64,000 nucleotides of DNA. Source: an uncultured delta proteobacterium. GTDB lineage: Bacteria; Desulfobacterota; Desulfuromonadia; Geobacterales; Pseudopelobacteraceae. The stretch lies in contig CAVYYZ010000012.1 in the NCBI GenBank assembly GCA_963772835.1, positions 224,001 through 288,000 on the forward strand. The letters run 5' to 3'. This document shows positions 45,280-55,586 of the stretch, one piece after another. A model generated the notes under the pieces. The model made no database searches, was not told the origin of the DNA, and saw only the letters and a list, made by a program, of their open reading frames with translations. Position numbers and translations under genes: made by a program. Each line of letters opens with the position of its first letter. Positions within the stretch are counted from its first letter, which is position 1.

Positions 45280-46869
45280 ATGACCCTGCCGCTCAAAATA
45301 GACAAAACACTGCGTGAACGTCGTCGCATAAACCGCCTTCTGGACTTTCTCAAGCGGGATGACCTTACCGGTGAGCAGATGGAGCGCATTGGCCGACGGC
45401 TTCAAAAATCGGGCAAACGGGCGCTCTCGCCTCTTGTACGCAAGCTCTGGCGCGAGCAGAACGGCACAGCCATCTATCGGTATACCTGTATGCTCGATTT
45501 TTTCGATGCTTCGGCCTGGATGGATCAACTGATCCAGATAACCCTGCAGCGCAAGGATCTGGAGGAGGATGGCAAGCTGGCCCTGCTGGATGTCCTGCAT
45601 GACAGCGGTATCGATGTCACCGCGCCTCCCTTCGCAGCCATGACCGGATATGGCTCCCCCACACTGGAAGGCTTTGTTGATGACTGCCTGGCCGATAACG
45701 AGCGCGGACTGGTTCGGTTCATTGACAGTTTTCTCGATGTGGCAGACGAGTTCCGTGAAAGGATGATACATCGACTCTCCGATGCATCATCCGCAGAAGC
45801 GGTGGCATTACTGGAGATCCTGCTCTCTTTCGAAAAAGAGGAGATCGTACGCGAAGCTGTACGTGCCTTAGGTCGTGCAAAAAGCGGATATGCACTTGAT
45901 GTTCTTGAACGTGCTGAATTACGGCATGAAGGGGAATTGGCCGCCTTGATCCGGCGCAGTATCCGACGGCTTGCATTTACCGGTATCCGTGAGTCACTTG
46001 AACTGCCGAACTCTTTCCAGCAACCGCTTCCGTTTTATGAGGTTTTTGCCGGACCGGTCGATTTTTACGGTTCCCGCACGCTCTGGTTCTCCTGGCGGCT
46101 GGACGATCAGGCTATTGCTGCCATGCTGGTCCTGACCGGTGAAACTGATGGCATGCTGAATGCCATCAGCTATCGCATGAAAGACCAAAAAGAGTACAGT
46201 CATATCCTGAAAGACGTGTCGGGCGGTGAGATGTTGACACCGGTGGAGCATGACTATGCCCTTGCTTCGCTGCGTGATGCACTCCACCGCAGTCGAGAAG
46301 GGGGATTTTACCTCCCTCCCGATTTTTATGTTGATATGCGTCTTTTCCGCCCGGATTCCCTGAAACCTGAATCATACATCCCCCGCTTCAAACTCAAGCA
46401 TCTCGAAGATATCGTTGAGAAGATTCCGGGATATGTTGCCACAAGCAACGACCTGCTCGATGAGCCTGGTCTTGAAGGGTGGGTGCTTACCGAGACGGCT
46501 CTGTATGACGCTGCTGATCGATTCGCTGCTCTTGAAGCTGAGGGTGGCCCGGATTCGGTGTCACAGGAGGATCTGGAGGGGGAGATCTCCCGCTGCTGTG
46601 ACGAGTTGATAGTGCCCCGGCGTGCCGATATCATCAAACGGCTGCTGCTGACAGCTGATTACCTGCAGCAGATCGAAGGAGATGAAAATGCGGTGCAAAA
46701 GACCCTGGCTACTGCCTTAAGTCTGGTCGGAGGTTTTTTGCCCGACTGCCGCCACCCGTTTGTCAGGAGGCTGCTGCTGGACAGTGTTGACGCTGCCCGG
46801 CAAACGCTGGCAGAAGGGTATGATCCGCGTCTGGAGGAGGGTTTTGATGACGATGAATACGACGACTGA
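45280..46869 (+). CDS. Hypothetical HEAT-repeat-containing protein
   Basis: 529-aa ORF abutting the gyrA stop; HEAT-like IVREAVRALGR; acidic tail. Confidence 0.75.
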   Translation: MTLPLKIDKTLRERRRINRLLDFLKRDDLTGEQMERIGRRLQKSGKRALSPLVRKLWREQNGTAIYRYTCMLDFFDASAWMDQLIQITLQRKDLEEDGKLALLDVLHDSGIDVTAPPFAAMTGYGSPTLEGFVDDCLADNERGLVRFIDSFLDVADEFRERMIHRLSDASSAEAVALLEILLSFEKEEIVREAVRALGRAKSGYALDVLERAELRHEGELAALIRRSIRRLAFTGIRESLELPNSFQQPLPFYEVFAGPVDFYGSRTLWFSWRLDDQAIAAMLVLTGETDGMLNAISYRMKDQKEYSHILKDVSGGEMLTPVEHDYALASLRDALHRSREGGFYLPPDFYVDMRLFRPDSLKPESYIPRFKLKHLEDIVEKIPGYVATSNDLLDEPGLEGWVLTETALYDAADRFAALEAEGGPDSVSQEDLEGEISRCCDELIVPRRADIIKRLLLTADYLQQIEGDENAVQKTLATALSLVGGFLPDCRHPFVRRLLLDSVDAARQTLAEGYDPRLEEGFDDDEYDD

Positions 46870-47872
46870 TATCGAGCGGATTGCTGTCATCGGCGGCGGC
46901 AGCTGGGGAACAGCTTTGGCGGGACGGCTTGCGGCCAACGGAAATGACACGGTTCTGTGGGCCTATGAGCCGGAACTGGTGACGGAGATCAATTCCAGTC
47001 ACACCAATTCGCTCTATCTCCCCGGCATACATCTGCACCCGACTCTTGCATGCACCGGAAATCTGGAAGAGGCGACCGCCGGACGCAGTATTGTACTGCT
47101 GGTGACGCCGGTTCAGGTAATGCGCGGCGTGCTGAAGCAGCTTACATCTCATATCGCACCGGACGCGATTATTGCCAATGCATCCAAAGGGATCGAACTT
47201 GGAACCCTCCAAACGGTTTCCCAGATCTGCGGGGAACTGTTTGGAGAAACCGCTCTGGGGCGCTATGTTGCTCTTTCGGGGCCGACCTTTGCCCGTGAAG
47301 TGGCTCAGGAACTCCCTTCGTTAATTGTGGCGGCCTCCCGCAGTACTGTCGCTTCAGGACGTGTTCAGGCCGCTTTCAGTTGCCCCTGTCTGCGGGTGTA
47401 TACCAACGGTGATGTCATCGGCGTCGAACTGGGTGGTGCGGTAAAAAATGTCATCGCCATTGCCGCCGGAATCTGTGACGGTCTCGGCTTTGGCCACAAT
47501 GCCCGGGCGGCCCTTATTACGAGAGGACTGGCCGAGATGAACCGACTGGGTCAGGCCATGGGGGCGCAGGCAGCCACTTTTGCCGGTCTGGCCGGCATGG
47601 GCGATCTGGTGCTGACCTGTACCGGAGACCTTTCCCGCAACCGCACGGTCGGTTTCAAGCTTGGGCAGGGAATGAAATTGACGGATATTCTGGCCGAGAT
47701 GCGAATGGTTGCCGAAGGGGTAAAGAGCGCCGAATCGGTCTACCAGCTCTCCCGCCGTCTCGGAGTCGAGATGCCGATCGTGGAGAAGACTTTCCAGATC
47801 CTCCACGAAGACAAACCGGCCCGTCAGGCGGTGATCGAACTGATGGCGCGGGATTTGAAGGCTGAGGCATAG
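46853..47872 (+). CDS. gpsA: NAD(P)H-dependent glycerol-3-phosphate dehydrogenase
   Basis: GGGSWGTAL, SGPTFA, KNVIAIA, GDLVLTCTGDLSRN. Confidence 0.97.
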   Translation: MNTTTDIERIAVIGGGSWGTALAGRLAANGNDTVLWAYEPELVTEINSSHTNSLYLPGIHLHPTLACTGNLEEATAGRSIVLLVTPVQVMRGVLKQLTSHIAPDAIIANASKGIELGTLQTVSQICGELFGETALGRYVALSGPTFAREVAQELPSLIVAASRSTVASGRVQAAFSCPCLRVYTNGDVIGVELGGAVKNVIAIAAGICDGLGFGHNARAALITRGLAEMNRLGQAMGAQAATFAGLAGMGDLVLTCTGDLSRNRTVGFKLGQGMKLTDILAEMRMVAEGVKSAESVYQLSRRLGVEMPIVEKTFQILHEDKPARQAVIELMARDLKAEA

Positions 47873-47882
47873 CTAGTTCCCT

Positions 47883-48069
47883 ATCGAATCATCTAAAGAA
47901 CATTGTGTAAAGTCTGCAAATGTCCCCTTTGATATGTCCGCCGAATTCATTCCATCATTGAACCCTTAGTGACGAACGACTGGAACAGCTGGCAGCCGTT
48001 CGTCCACCTGAGGCTCCTGAGTTCGACAACATCATTCATCGTAGTCCAAGCATGCAGCGCTTAGCCGTA
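47883..48069 (+). pseudogene. Frameshifted internal fragment, probably of an RtcR-like sigma54-dependent regulator
   Basis: Manual translation IESSKEHCVKSANVPFDMSAEFIPSL, then after a frameshift SDERLEQLAAVRPPEAPEFDNIIHRSPSMQRL. FDNIIHRSPSM resembles the entry to a sigma54-activator AAA domain; family call from memory. Confidence 0.55.
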
Positions 48070-48080
48070 TTTGCACCCAA

Positions 48081-48100
48081 CAACTAACTAATGTTAGTTG
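48081..48100. promoter_or_regulatory. Operator-like palindrome upstream of the RhuM-Fic gene
   Basis: CAACTAAC-TAAT-GTTAGTTG, perfect 8-bp inverted repeat. Confidence 0.5.
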
Positions 48101-48146
48101 CCTTATAGTTTAGACACTCCTGCTCATAGATGCTTTGGAGACAGCC

Positions 48147-49124
48147 ATGGCCACCACTGACGACGCTATTATCCTCTATCAGAGCCCTGACGGCAATACA
48201 GCTCTTGACGTCCATCTCGACCATGACACAGTCTGGTTAAGTCAAAAGCAGTTAGCTGAGCTGTTTCAGCGTGAGCGTAGTGTAATTACCAAACATGTAC
48301 GTAATGTATTTATAGAAGGGGAGTTGGATGAAAAAAGCAATGTGCAAAATATGCACATTGCTTTTTCTGACAAACCGGTGGCCCTCTACAGCCTCGACGT
48401 CATCATCTCCGTCGGTTACCGGGTTAAGTCACCACAAGGTACACGCTTCCGCATCTGGGCTACCAAAACCCTGAAAGACCATATTGTTAAAGGCTACACG
48501 GTCAACGAGCAGCGCTTCCGCGAACAAGCCGAAAAACTGACCGACATGTGCCGGACCGTGGAATTGCTGGCCCGCACCCTGTCAAACCAGGAACTGGTCA
48601 GCGATACCGGCAAGGAAGTGCTGCGAGTCATCACCGACTACGCGTATGCCCTGAACCTTTTGGACCGTTATGATCACGGCACCCTGACTATCGAGGAAAC
48701 CACCCGGCAGGCGCTGCACGTTATCGATTACGACGAAGCAATCAGGATTGTAGTCTCAATGAAGAGGGAGTTTGACGGGCTGTTCGGTATTGAGAAGGAT
48801 CAGGGTTTCAAGAGCGCACTGGGAGCAATCTATCAGACATTTGGTGGTGATGAGCTATACCCGAGTGTCGAGGAAAAAGGCGCCAACCTCCTCTACTTCG
48901 TCGTCAAGAACCACGCATTTACCGACGGCAACAAACGAATCGCCGCCGCCCTGTTCATCTATTTCCTCGGTACTAACGCCATTCTTTACCGACCTGATGG
49001 GAGCAAGCGCCTTGCAGACAACGCCCTGGTGGCGCTAACGCTTCTGATTGCAGAGAGTCGACCGGATGAGAAGGACACCATTGTCAAAGTAATCGTGAAT
49101 CTGATTAACCGGAATAATGATTGA
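48147..49124 (+). CDS. RhuM-family N-terminal domain fused to a Fic/Doc domain
   Basis: [13 protein letters not shown] and [23 protein letters not shown]; Doc-type motif [18 protein letters not shown]. Confidence 0.88.
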   Translation: MATTDDAIILYQSPDGNTALDVHLDHDTVWLSQKQLAELFQRERSVITKHVRNVFIEGELDEKSNVQNMHIAFSDKPVALYSLDVIISVGYRVKSPQGTRFRIWATKTLKDHIVKGYTVNEQRFREQAEKLTDMCRTVELLARTLSNQELVSDTGKEVLRVITDYAYALNLLDRYDHGTLTIEETTRQALHVIDYDEAIRIVVSMKREFDGLFGIEKDQGFKSALGAIYQTFGGDELYPSVEEKGANLLYFVVKNHAFTDGNKRIAAALFIYFLGTNAILYRPDGSKRLADNALVALTLLIAESRPDEKDTIVKVIVNLINRNND

Positions 49125-49143
49125 AGACAACAGGAGACAAACC

Positions 49144-49620
49144 ATGCGCATAGGGCACGGCTACGACGTTCACCGTCTGGTGGAGGGAAGAAAGCTGATC
49201 ATGGGAGGGGTGGATATCCCGTGGGAGAAAGGGTTGTTGGGGCATTCCGATGCGGACGTATTGCTGCATGCCATTGCCGACGCAATACTCGGAGCGATTG
49301 GTGAAGGGGATATAGGCAGGCATTTCCCCGATACTGATTCTGCCTACAAAGGGGCTGACAGCCTGAAGCTGCTTGCGCACGTTGTGGAATTAGCTGCCGA
49401 GCGCGGCTACAAGCTCGGCAACCTGGATGCCACCATTATCGCCCAGATGCCGAAGATGGCGCCCCATATTAAGATCATGAGGAGAAACATCGCACGGGTG
49501 TTGAATGTCGATGTTTCACAGGTTAACGTCAAAGCCACGACAGAGGAAGGTCTTGGATTCAGCGGATCCGGAGAAGGTATTGCCGCTCATGCGGTAGTGC
49601 TGATGACGGCAAAGAAATAA
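49144..49620 (+). CDS. ispF: 2-C-methyl-D-erythritol 2,4-cyclodiphosphate synthase
   Basis: [25 protein letters not shown]. Confidence 0.97.
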   Translation: MRIGHGYDVHRLVEGRKLIMGGVDIPWEKGLLGHSDADVLLHAIADAILGAIGEGDIGRHFPDTDSAYKGADSLKLLAHVVELAAERGYKLGNLDATIIAQMPKMAPHIKIMRRNIARVLNVDVSQVNVKATTEEGLGFSGSGEGIAAHAVVLMTAKK

Positions 49621-49627
49621 ACCGTTG

Positions 49628-49695
49628 ATAGGGGCGTATTTTATACGCCCCAGCGGTACTACAATGAATCAGGGGCGCAAGCATTGCGCCCCTAC
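49628..49695. repeat. Inverted doublet of GTAGGGGCG-type REP-like palindromes
   Basis: ATAGGGGCGTAT-TTT-ATACGCCCC (49628-49651) and AGGGGCGCAA-GCA-TTGCGCCCCTAC (49671-49695), between convergent genes. Confidence 0.72.
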
Positions 49696-49706
49696 GACAC
49701 AGATTC

Positions 49707-50618
49707 CTACAACCCCTTCTCGGCCAGTTCCTCCACCAGTTTTTTCTGCTCCCCATTCAGCGATTCAGGAATATGCACCCCGATTTTTACATACAGATCG
49801 CCTTTGGCATTTGAACCGAGTGATTTGATGCCGCACCCCTTAAGTCTGATCTTGGTACCCGGCTGAATCCCCGCCGGAACTTTGATCCGTTTGTCCCCCT
49901 CCAGTGTCGGCACATCGAGAGAAACTCCCAGACAGGCGGCGCTGAACGAAATTGAGCGCTCCACAAACAGATCACCACTGTCGCGGATGAAAACAGAATC
50001 AGGAAGCACCTTGATGATCAGGAACAGATCTCCAGTCGGACCGCCCCCCTCTCCCTGTGCCCCTTTGCCTGAAATGCGTATTTTGCTGCCGTTGTCAACC
50101 CCGGCCGGGATTTTCACCTTCAACTCTTCCCGCTCGCCATTACGGCGGAATGCGATCTGCTTTTCAGCGCCCAGGGCGGCATCACGAAACGTAACGGTCA
50201 GCTCCATTTCATGGTCGCCCCCCCTCTGCGGCCCTTGCCGAAAGCTGCCACGACCGCCGCCACGCCCGAATGATCCGCCGAAAAGACGTGAGAAAATATC
50301 CTCTGCCCCTCCGCCGCCAACGCCTCCCCCCATGTCTTTATAGGCATTTCCGAAGTCGAATCCACGGAAAATATCTTCCTGGCTGTACTGCTGATGAAAG
50401 CCGCTGGAGCCGTAGGTATCATACTTCTGCTTCTTCTCCGGATCGGAAAGCACGGCATACGCTTCGTTGATTTCTTTAAACTTGTCTTCGGCCGTTTTGT
50501 TGTCCGGGTTGCGGTCCGGGTGATACTTGACCGCCAGCTTGCGGAAAGCCTTTTTAATATCATCTGCCGAAGCCCCTTTTTCGACTCCGAGTGTTTTGTA
50601 ATAATCAACCTGTGCCAT
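49707..50618 (-). CDS. DnaJ-class co-chaperone without zinc finger (CbpA-like)
   Basis: J-domain YHPDRN, G/F-rich linker, DnaJ C-terminal domain; no CxxCxGxG repeats. Confidence 0.9.
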   Translation of the reverse strand: MAQVDYYKTLGVEKGASADDIKKAFRKLAVKYHPDRNPDNKTAEDKFKEINEAYAVLSDPEKKQKYDTYGSSGFHQQYSQEDIFRGFDFGNAYKDMGGGVGGGGAEDIFSRLFGGSFGRGGGRGSFRQGPQRGGDHEMELTVTFRDAALGAEKQIAFRRNGEREELKVKIPAGVDNGSKIRISGKGAQGEGGGPTGDLFLIIKVLPDSVFIRDSGDLFVERSISFSAACLGVSLDVPTLEGDKRIKVPAGIQPGTKIRLKGCGIKSLGSNAKGDLYVKIGVHIPESLNGEQKKLVEELAEKGL

Positions 50619-50764
50619 TTTGCTCTCCATCCACCATTATTTGGGTACAATGTAAGCGCTAACACCGGTACTGTCAACTTTGTCGGCAGTGTACACCTTG
50701 ACAGAGCAGGTGACGGCACGTACTATCAGCAGGTACGTTCCACTACGTTTTCGAGGGCATTCCC

Positions 50765-52171
50765 ATGAAAAAAATTGTCATCATCGGCGGCGGTATATCC
50801 GGTCTGGCTACCGCCTGGCTGCTCCGTTCCAAGGCTCAAGCAGCCGGAAGAGAGCTGGAGATAACCCTGATAGAGAAGGAAGAGCGGCCGGGCGGGAAGA
50901 TCCGGAGCATCAAGACTGACGGCTACATCTGTGAATGGGGGCCTAACGGTTTTCTGGACAGCAAGCCGCAAACACTGGATCTTTGCAGAGCGATCGGAGT
51001 GGAAGGCAACCTGCATCGCAGCAACGACAACGCCCGCAAACGCTTCATTTATTCCGGCGGTGAACTGCATCAGCTTCCGGATGGCGCCCCCGCCTTCCTC
51101 AAAAGCAGCCTGATCTCCTGGTCCGGCAAGTTGCGGCTTGCACTGGAACCAACCCCCTTTATAGCATCTGCACCGGTTGGCGTGGATGAAACTCTCGCCG
51201 CGTTCGGACGGCGCCGTCTTGGTGGAGAGGCTCTGGATAAACTGATTGCACCAATGGTTTCCGGCATCTTTGCCGGCGATCCTGAAACCATGTCGCTGGA
51301 ATCCTGCTTTCCGCGCATTGCCGAACTTGAGCGGGAATATGGCGGATTGATCCGGGCGATGATCATGCTAGGCAAAAAGAAGAAAAAGGATATCGCCGAC
51401 GGCAAGGTCGTCTCCAGTGCCGCCGGCCCGGGAGGAACCCTGACGTCGTTCCGCGAGGGGATCCAGTTTCTCTCCGATGCCCTGTCAGCATCGCTGGGAG
51501 GAATAGTGCGGACAGGCGTTACTGTCACCTCTGTGGCTAAAAGGGGGAGCGCTTCTTATGTAGTGACGTGCAGCGACGGCAGTATATATGAGGCTGATGT
51601 GGCAATTGTGGCTTCACCTGCCTATGCTGCGGCGGATATGCTGTCTGACCTTGACGGGGGGATCTCCGGAGTACTGCGGCAGATTCCCTATGCCAGCATG
51701 ACGGTGATCTGCTGTGGCTACAGCCGTAACCAGATCAACCGCTCTCTGGATGGATTCGGCTATCTGATCCCGAAAAAGGAGGGGCGCAGTACACTCGGCA
51801 CCCTTTGGGATTCAAGCATGTTCGAGAATCGGGCTGCGGAGGGGAAAGTACTTCTGCGCAGCATGATGGGGGGAGCCTGCTTTCCTGAATACGTCACGCT
51901 GAGCGATGATGAAGTAGTAAGCCGGGTCAGACAGGATCTGAAGATGACAATGGGAATAGATGCCGCACCGGAGTTTGTCAGGGTATTCCGCCATCCGCAG
52001 GCAATTCCGCAGTACACCGTCGGACATGGCGCACGGCTGCAGAAACTGGAAGAGATGCTCCGCGCGCATCCCGGACTGATTCTGACCGGAAACTCATACC
52101 GCGGCATCGGGCTGAATGACTGCGTGGCGGCGGCAGAACGGGCGGCGGATGGGGCGTTGTTGATAGTTTAG
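50765..52171 (+). CDS. hemG: FAD-dependent protoporphyrinogen/coproporphyrinogen oxidase (HemY type)
   Basis: GGGISGL, EWGPNGF, GFGYLIP, AIPQYTVGH, GIGLNDCV. Confidence 0.9.
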   Translation: MKKIVIIGGGISGLATAWLLRSKAQAAGRELEITLIEKEERPGGKIRSIKTDGYICEWGPNGFLDSKPQTLDLCRAIGVEGNLHRSNDNARKRFIYSGGELHQLPDGAPAFLKSSLISWSGKLRLALEPTPFIASAPVGVDETLAAFGRRRLGGEALDKLIAPMVSGIFAGDPETMSLESCFPRIAELEREYGGLIRAMIMLGKKKKKDIADGKVVSSAAGPGGTLTSFREGIQFLSDALSASLGGIVRTGVTVTSVAKRGSASYVVTCSDGSIYEADVAIVASPAYAAADMLSDLDGGISGVLRQIPYASMTVICCGYSRNQINRSLDGFGYLIPKKEGRSTLGTLWDSSMFENRAAEGKVLLRSMMGGACFPEYVTLSDDEVVSRVRQDLKMTMGIDAAPEFVRVFRHPQAIPQYTVGHGARLQKLEEMLRAHPGLILTGNSYRGIGLNDCVAAAERAADGALLIV

Positions 52172-52857
52172 AGCAGCCCCCGCTCCACAAAACTCAGATA
52201 CTCCCCGTCACCGACAATGATATGATCCAGTACTTTGATTCCCATGATCTCCCCGGCTTCCTTCAGGCGGCGCGTGATGGCGATATCCTCGCTGCTGGGG
52301 GCCGGATCACCGGTAGGGTGGTTGTGAACCAGTATAACGGCGGCGGCCGATTCCTTTACCGCCGGGCTGAAGACCTCCCGGGGATGGACGATCGACTGAT
52401 TTAAGCTTCCTTCAGATATCTGGACCCGCCTGATGATGCGGTTTTTCCCGTCCAGCAGCAGGACAAGAAAATATTCCCTGCGGCTGTCGCGAAACTCGTG
52501 ATGGAAATAGTCGAAGACCTGCTGCGGGGAGGTGAAGCGGTCGAGGCGTTCCAGCTTGCGGCCCTGAAATCGTGAAGCAAGGGCAAAAGCCGCCTTGATG
52601 CTGGTTGCCTTGGCCAGACCGACCCCTTTGATGGCACACAGTTCACCGATGCCGGCACTTGCGAGCTCGCGAAGGTTGCCGCTGAAGTGCGAGATCAATC
52701 CCCGTCCCAGATCGATGGCGCTCTGCCGTGAACTTGGATCACCCGTTCTGATGATCAGCGCCAGCAATTCCGCATCAGAGAGGGCTGCAGCACCCTGCTT
52801 GAGCATTTTTTCCCGCGGCCGCTCGTCCTCGGGCCACTCCTTGATGCCACCCTTCAT
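52168..52857 (-). CDS. radC: RadC-family JAB-domain protein
   Basis: RPREKM, LSDAELLA, VHPREVF, HNHPTGD, LDHIIVG. Confidence 0.96.
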   Translation of the reverse strand: MKGGIKEWPEDERPREKMLKQGAAALSDAELLALIIRTGDPSSRQSAIDLGRGLISHFSGNLRELASAGIGELCAIKGVGLAKATSIKAAFALASRFQGRKLERLDRFTSPQQVFDYFHHEFRDSRREYFLVLLLDGKNRIIRRVQISEGSLNQSIVHPREVFSPAVKESAAAVILVHNHPTGDPAPSSEDIAITRRLKEAGEIMGIKVLDHIIVGDGEYLSFVERGLL

Positions 52858-52865
52858 GCTCCCTC

Positions 52866-53687
52866 CTACACGATGAACCCTGACAGAATGGCCGCAATCA
52901 AACCGCCACCTACGATCACCCGGTACCAGACAAACGGTGAAAGGCTCTGTTTCTGCACAAAACGGAGCAGGAAGGCGACGCTTATATACCCGGTGACCGC
53001 TGAGAAAATAATTCCGACCAGCATCAGCTGGCCTTCACCGGCTGGAATACCATGTTTTAAGAGATGCACGGATTTAAGCAGGGCGGCCCCTGCAACAATC
53101 GGCAGTGACATCAGAAAAGAAAATCGGGCAGCGCTCTCACGGGTGAATCCGAGCATCAGTCCGGCGGTGATGGTAATACCGGAACGGGAAACTCCCGGGA
53201 TCAACGCAAGACATTGCAGAAGACCGATTTTCAGGGCACTGGACGGGCCAATCTGATCAAGTGTCAGGCGTTTACGACCAAAGTAATCGGTCAGACCGAG
53301 AATCAGACCGAAAACAACCAGAAAAACTGCAATCAATAACGGATTAGAGCGGAAAACAGCCTCGACCTGATGTTCGAGCAGCTTGCCTGCCAGGGCGGCC
53401 GGAACGGTTGCGCCGATGATCAGAAACGGTAGTCTCCGGGCGGGAGTGTTCAACCTGCGTGTTGCAATGACATCGAAGAACGATACGGTCATTTCAGTGA
53501 TATCGCGCCAAAAATAAAGTGCCAGGGCAATAAAAGTCCCCAGATGCAGCGCAACGTCGAAGGTAAGGCCGGATTCAGGCCATTTGAGCAGCCAGGGTAA
53601 CAGGATCAGGTGGGCAGAACTGCTGATCGGCAGTACTTCGGTAAAGCCCTGCAGAGCGCCAAGAACCGCCGCATGAAACATAGTCAT
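52866..53687 (-). CDS. uppP: Undecaprenyl-diphosphate phosphatase
   Basis: QGFTEVLPISSSAH, PGVSRSGITI, ARFSFLM. Confidence 0.95.
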   Translation of the reverse strand: MTMFHAAVLGALQGFTEVLPISSSAHLILLPWLLKWPESGLTFDVALHLGTFIALALYFWRDITEMTVSFFDVIATRRLNTPARRLPFLIIGATVPAALAGKLLEHQVEAVFRSNPLLIAVFLVVFGLILGLTDYFGRKRLTLDQIGPSSALKIGLLQCLALIPGVSRSGITITAGLMLGFTRESAARFSFLMSLPIVAGAALLKSVHLLKHGIPAGEGQLMLVGIIFSAVTGYISVAFLLRFVQKQSLSPFVWYRVIVGGGLIAAILSGFIV

Positions 53688-53862
53688 GTCAAACTCCCTC
53701 GTAGAAATGAACGAAGAATACTGCAACACATCAGCAAAGGCAATCACTGTTGCCGTATTGCCGGCAGACGGGAGTAAATTTAGGCTGTGAACGTGGATAA
53801 AAGTATGTTATTTGTCACAAGTTTTAAATGCATCTGGCACGAAAACTAACGGAGGCGGAACC

Positions 53863-54483
53863 ATGTTCGGATTGATACCCAAAGAAGAAAAATTTTTCAA
53901 GCTTTTCAAGGAGATGACCGAAAATATTATCGAAGGGGCCAAACTCCTCAAAGAGATGCTTGACAACTTTGAGAACCCGGCAGAAAGCCAGCGGCGGATC
54001 AAGGATATTGAGCACAAGGGTGACTCTCTCACACATGAGGTCATCCAGAAGCTCAATAAAACCTTTGTTACTCCCCTGGATCGCGAAGACATCTACTCAC
54101 TCGCCTCCAAACTCGATGATATTCTTGACCTCATTGACGCATCTGCGCAGCGGATTATCATGTACAATGTGGAGGCCATTCCCCCGGAAGCCAAGACCCT
54201 CGGATTTATTATCCTTCAGTCGTGCCATGCGGTCGATAAAGCGGTGGCCATGCTGGGCAAGAAGACCAACGAGCAGATCTTTGAGGCGTGCGTGGAAATC
54301 AACTCACTGGAAAATGAAGCGGACCGGGTTTCTCGCGAGGCGATCAGCCGATTGTTTGATGAAGAGAAAGACCCGATCCAGCTGATCAAGTGGAAAGAAA
54401 TTTACGAGACACTTGAGAAGGCCACCGACAGGTGCGAAGACGCCTCCAACATTCTAGAAAGCGTGGTGGTAAAAAATGCTTGA
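53863..54483 (+). CDS. DUF47 phosphate transport regulator (Pit accessory protein)
   Basis: EHKGD, TFVTPLDREDI, ENEAD; coupled to the Pit transporter. Confidence 0.92.
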   Translation: MFGLIPKEEKFFKLFKEMTENIIEGAKLLKEMLDNFENPAESQRRIKDIEHKGDSLTHEVIQKLNKTFVTPLDREDIYSLASKLDDILDLIDASAQRIIMYNVEAIPPEAKTLGFIILQSCHAVDKAVAMLGKKTNEQIFEACVEINSLENEADRVSREAISRLFDEEKDPIQLIKWKEIYETLEKATDRCEDASNILESVVVKNA

Positions 54484-55477
54484 ACCGGCCTTTATGATGC
54501 TCTGCCTGGTGATTCTGGCAGCGCTGGTCTTTGACTACATCAACGGTTTCCATGATACGGCCAATGCCATAGCCACCTGTATTTCCACTCGGGCACTCTC
54601 GGTCAGATCCGCCATTATAATGGCGGCGGTGCTTAATTTTGCCGGTGCCATGATCTCTACCAAGGTTGCAACAACCATCGGCAAAGGAATTGTTGACGCC
54701 TCCAACGTAACCCAGACGGTTGTCCTGGCCGGCATAGCCGGCGCGATTCTCTGGAATCTGATAACCTGGTACTACGGGCTTCCCTCATCTTCATCCCACG
54801 CAATTATCGGTGGTCTGATGGGAGCGGTTTTTGCCCATGCCGGCATCACTGCCCTGAAGTGGGCCGGGTTGAAGAAGATCATCATGGCGCTGCTCCTCTC
54901 CCCGATCCTGGGAACGATCGTCGGTTTCATCTTTATGTTAATCCTGTACCGGATTTTCCGTAACAGCGCACCCAGCGGTCTCAATAAGAACTTCCGTCGA
55001 CTGCAGGTCGCATCGGCCGCGTTGATGGCCTTCTCACACGGCACCGCCGATGCTCAGAAGTCGATGGGGGTCATCACCATGGCCTTGGTCAGCTTCGGAA
55101 CCTTGAAGACCTTTGACGTTCCCTGGGAAGTCATGGTGGCCTGTGCGACAGCCATGGCACTCGGAACCGCTGCGGGCGGCTGGCGCATCATCAAGACCGT
55201 CGGACACGACTTTGTCAAATTGCAGCCGGTACACGGATTCTGTGTAGAAACAGCCTCAGCCGGCGTTATTCTGGGGGCCTCGGCCTTTGGCATGCCTACC
55301 AGTACGACGCACGTCATCACCTCCACCATCCTGGGCGTCGGGCTCTCCAAGCGGCTGACTGCCGTCAACTGGAACGTCGCCAAAAGGATTCTGATAGCAT
55401 GGGTACTTACCATTCCGGCTTCGGCCCTGGTCGCCTACCTTACCTATCAGGTTCTGAATCCCGTGCTGGGGAAATAA
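54476..55477 (+). CDS. Inorganic phosphate transporter (PiT family)
   Basis: NGFHDTANAIAT, PSSSSHA, HGTADAQK, PTSTTH. Confidence 0.94.
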   Translation: MLEPAFMMLCLVILAALVFDYINGFHDTANAIATCISTRALSVRSAIIMAAVLNFAGAMISTKVATTIGKGIVDASNVTQTVVLAGIAGAILWNLITWYYGLPSSSSHAIIGGLMGAVFAHAGITALKWAGLKKIIMALLLSPILGTIVGFIFMLILYRIFRNSAPSGLNKNFRRLQVASAALMAFSHGTADAQKSMGVITMALVSFGTLKTFDVPWEVMVACATAMALGTAAGGWRIIKTVGHDFVKLQPVHGFCVETASAGVILGASAFGMPTSTTHVITSTILGVGLSKRLTAVNWNVAKRILIAWVLTIPASALVAYLTYQVLNPVLGK

Positions 55478-55586
55478 TAACGTTCGCAAACAGAGCCATT
55501 CCAGGCAATTCCTTGTCGCAGGGATCTAAAGGAATAAGGGCTCGACAGTTTCCCGCATACAAATATCAACATGGAGTAATCCCTTA

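Noticed and set aside
44149..45771. 540-aa minus-strand ORF
   Set aside because: Antisense shadow of gyrA; no recognisable motifs.
53790..53830. Possible Pho box upstream of DUF47-pit
   Set aside because: Only one GTCAC half-site, without a clear 11-bp repeat.
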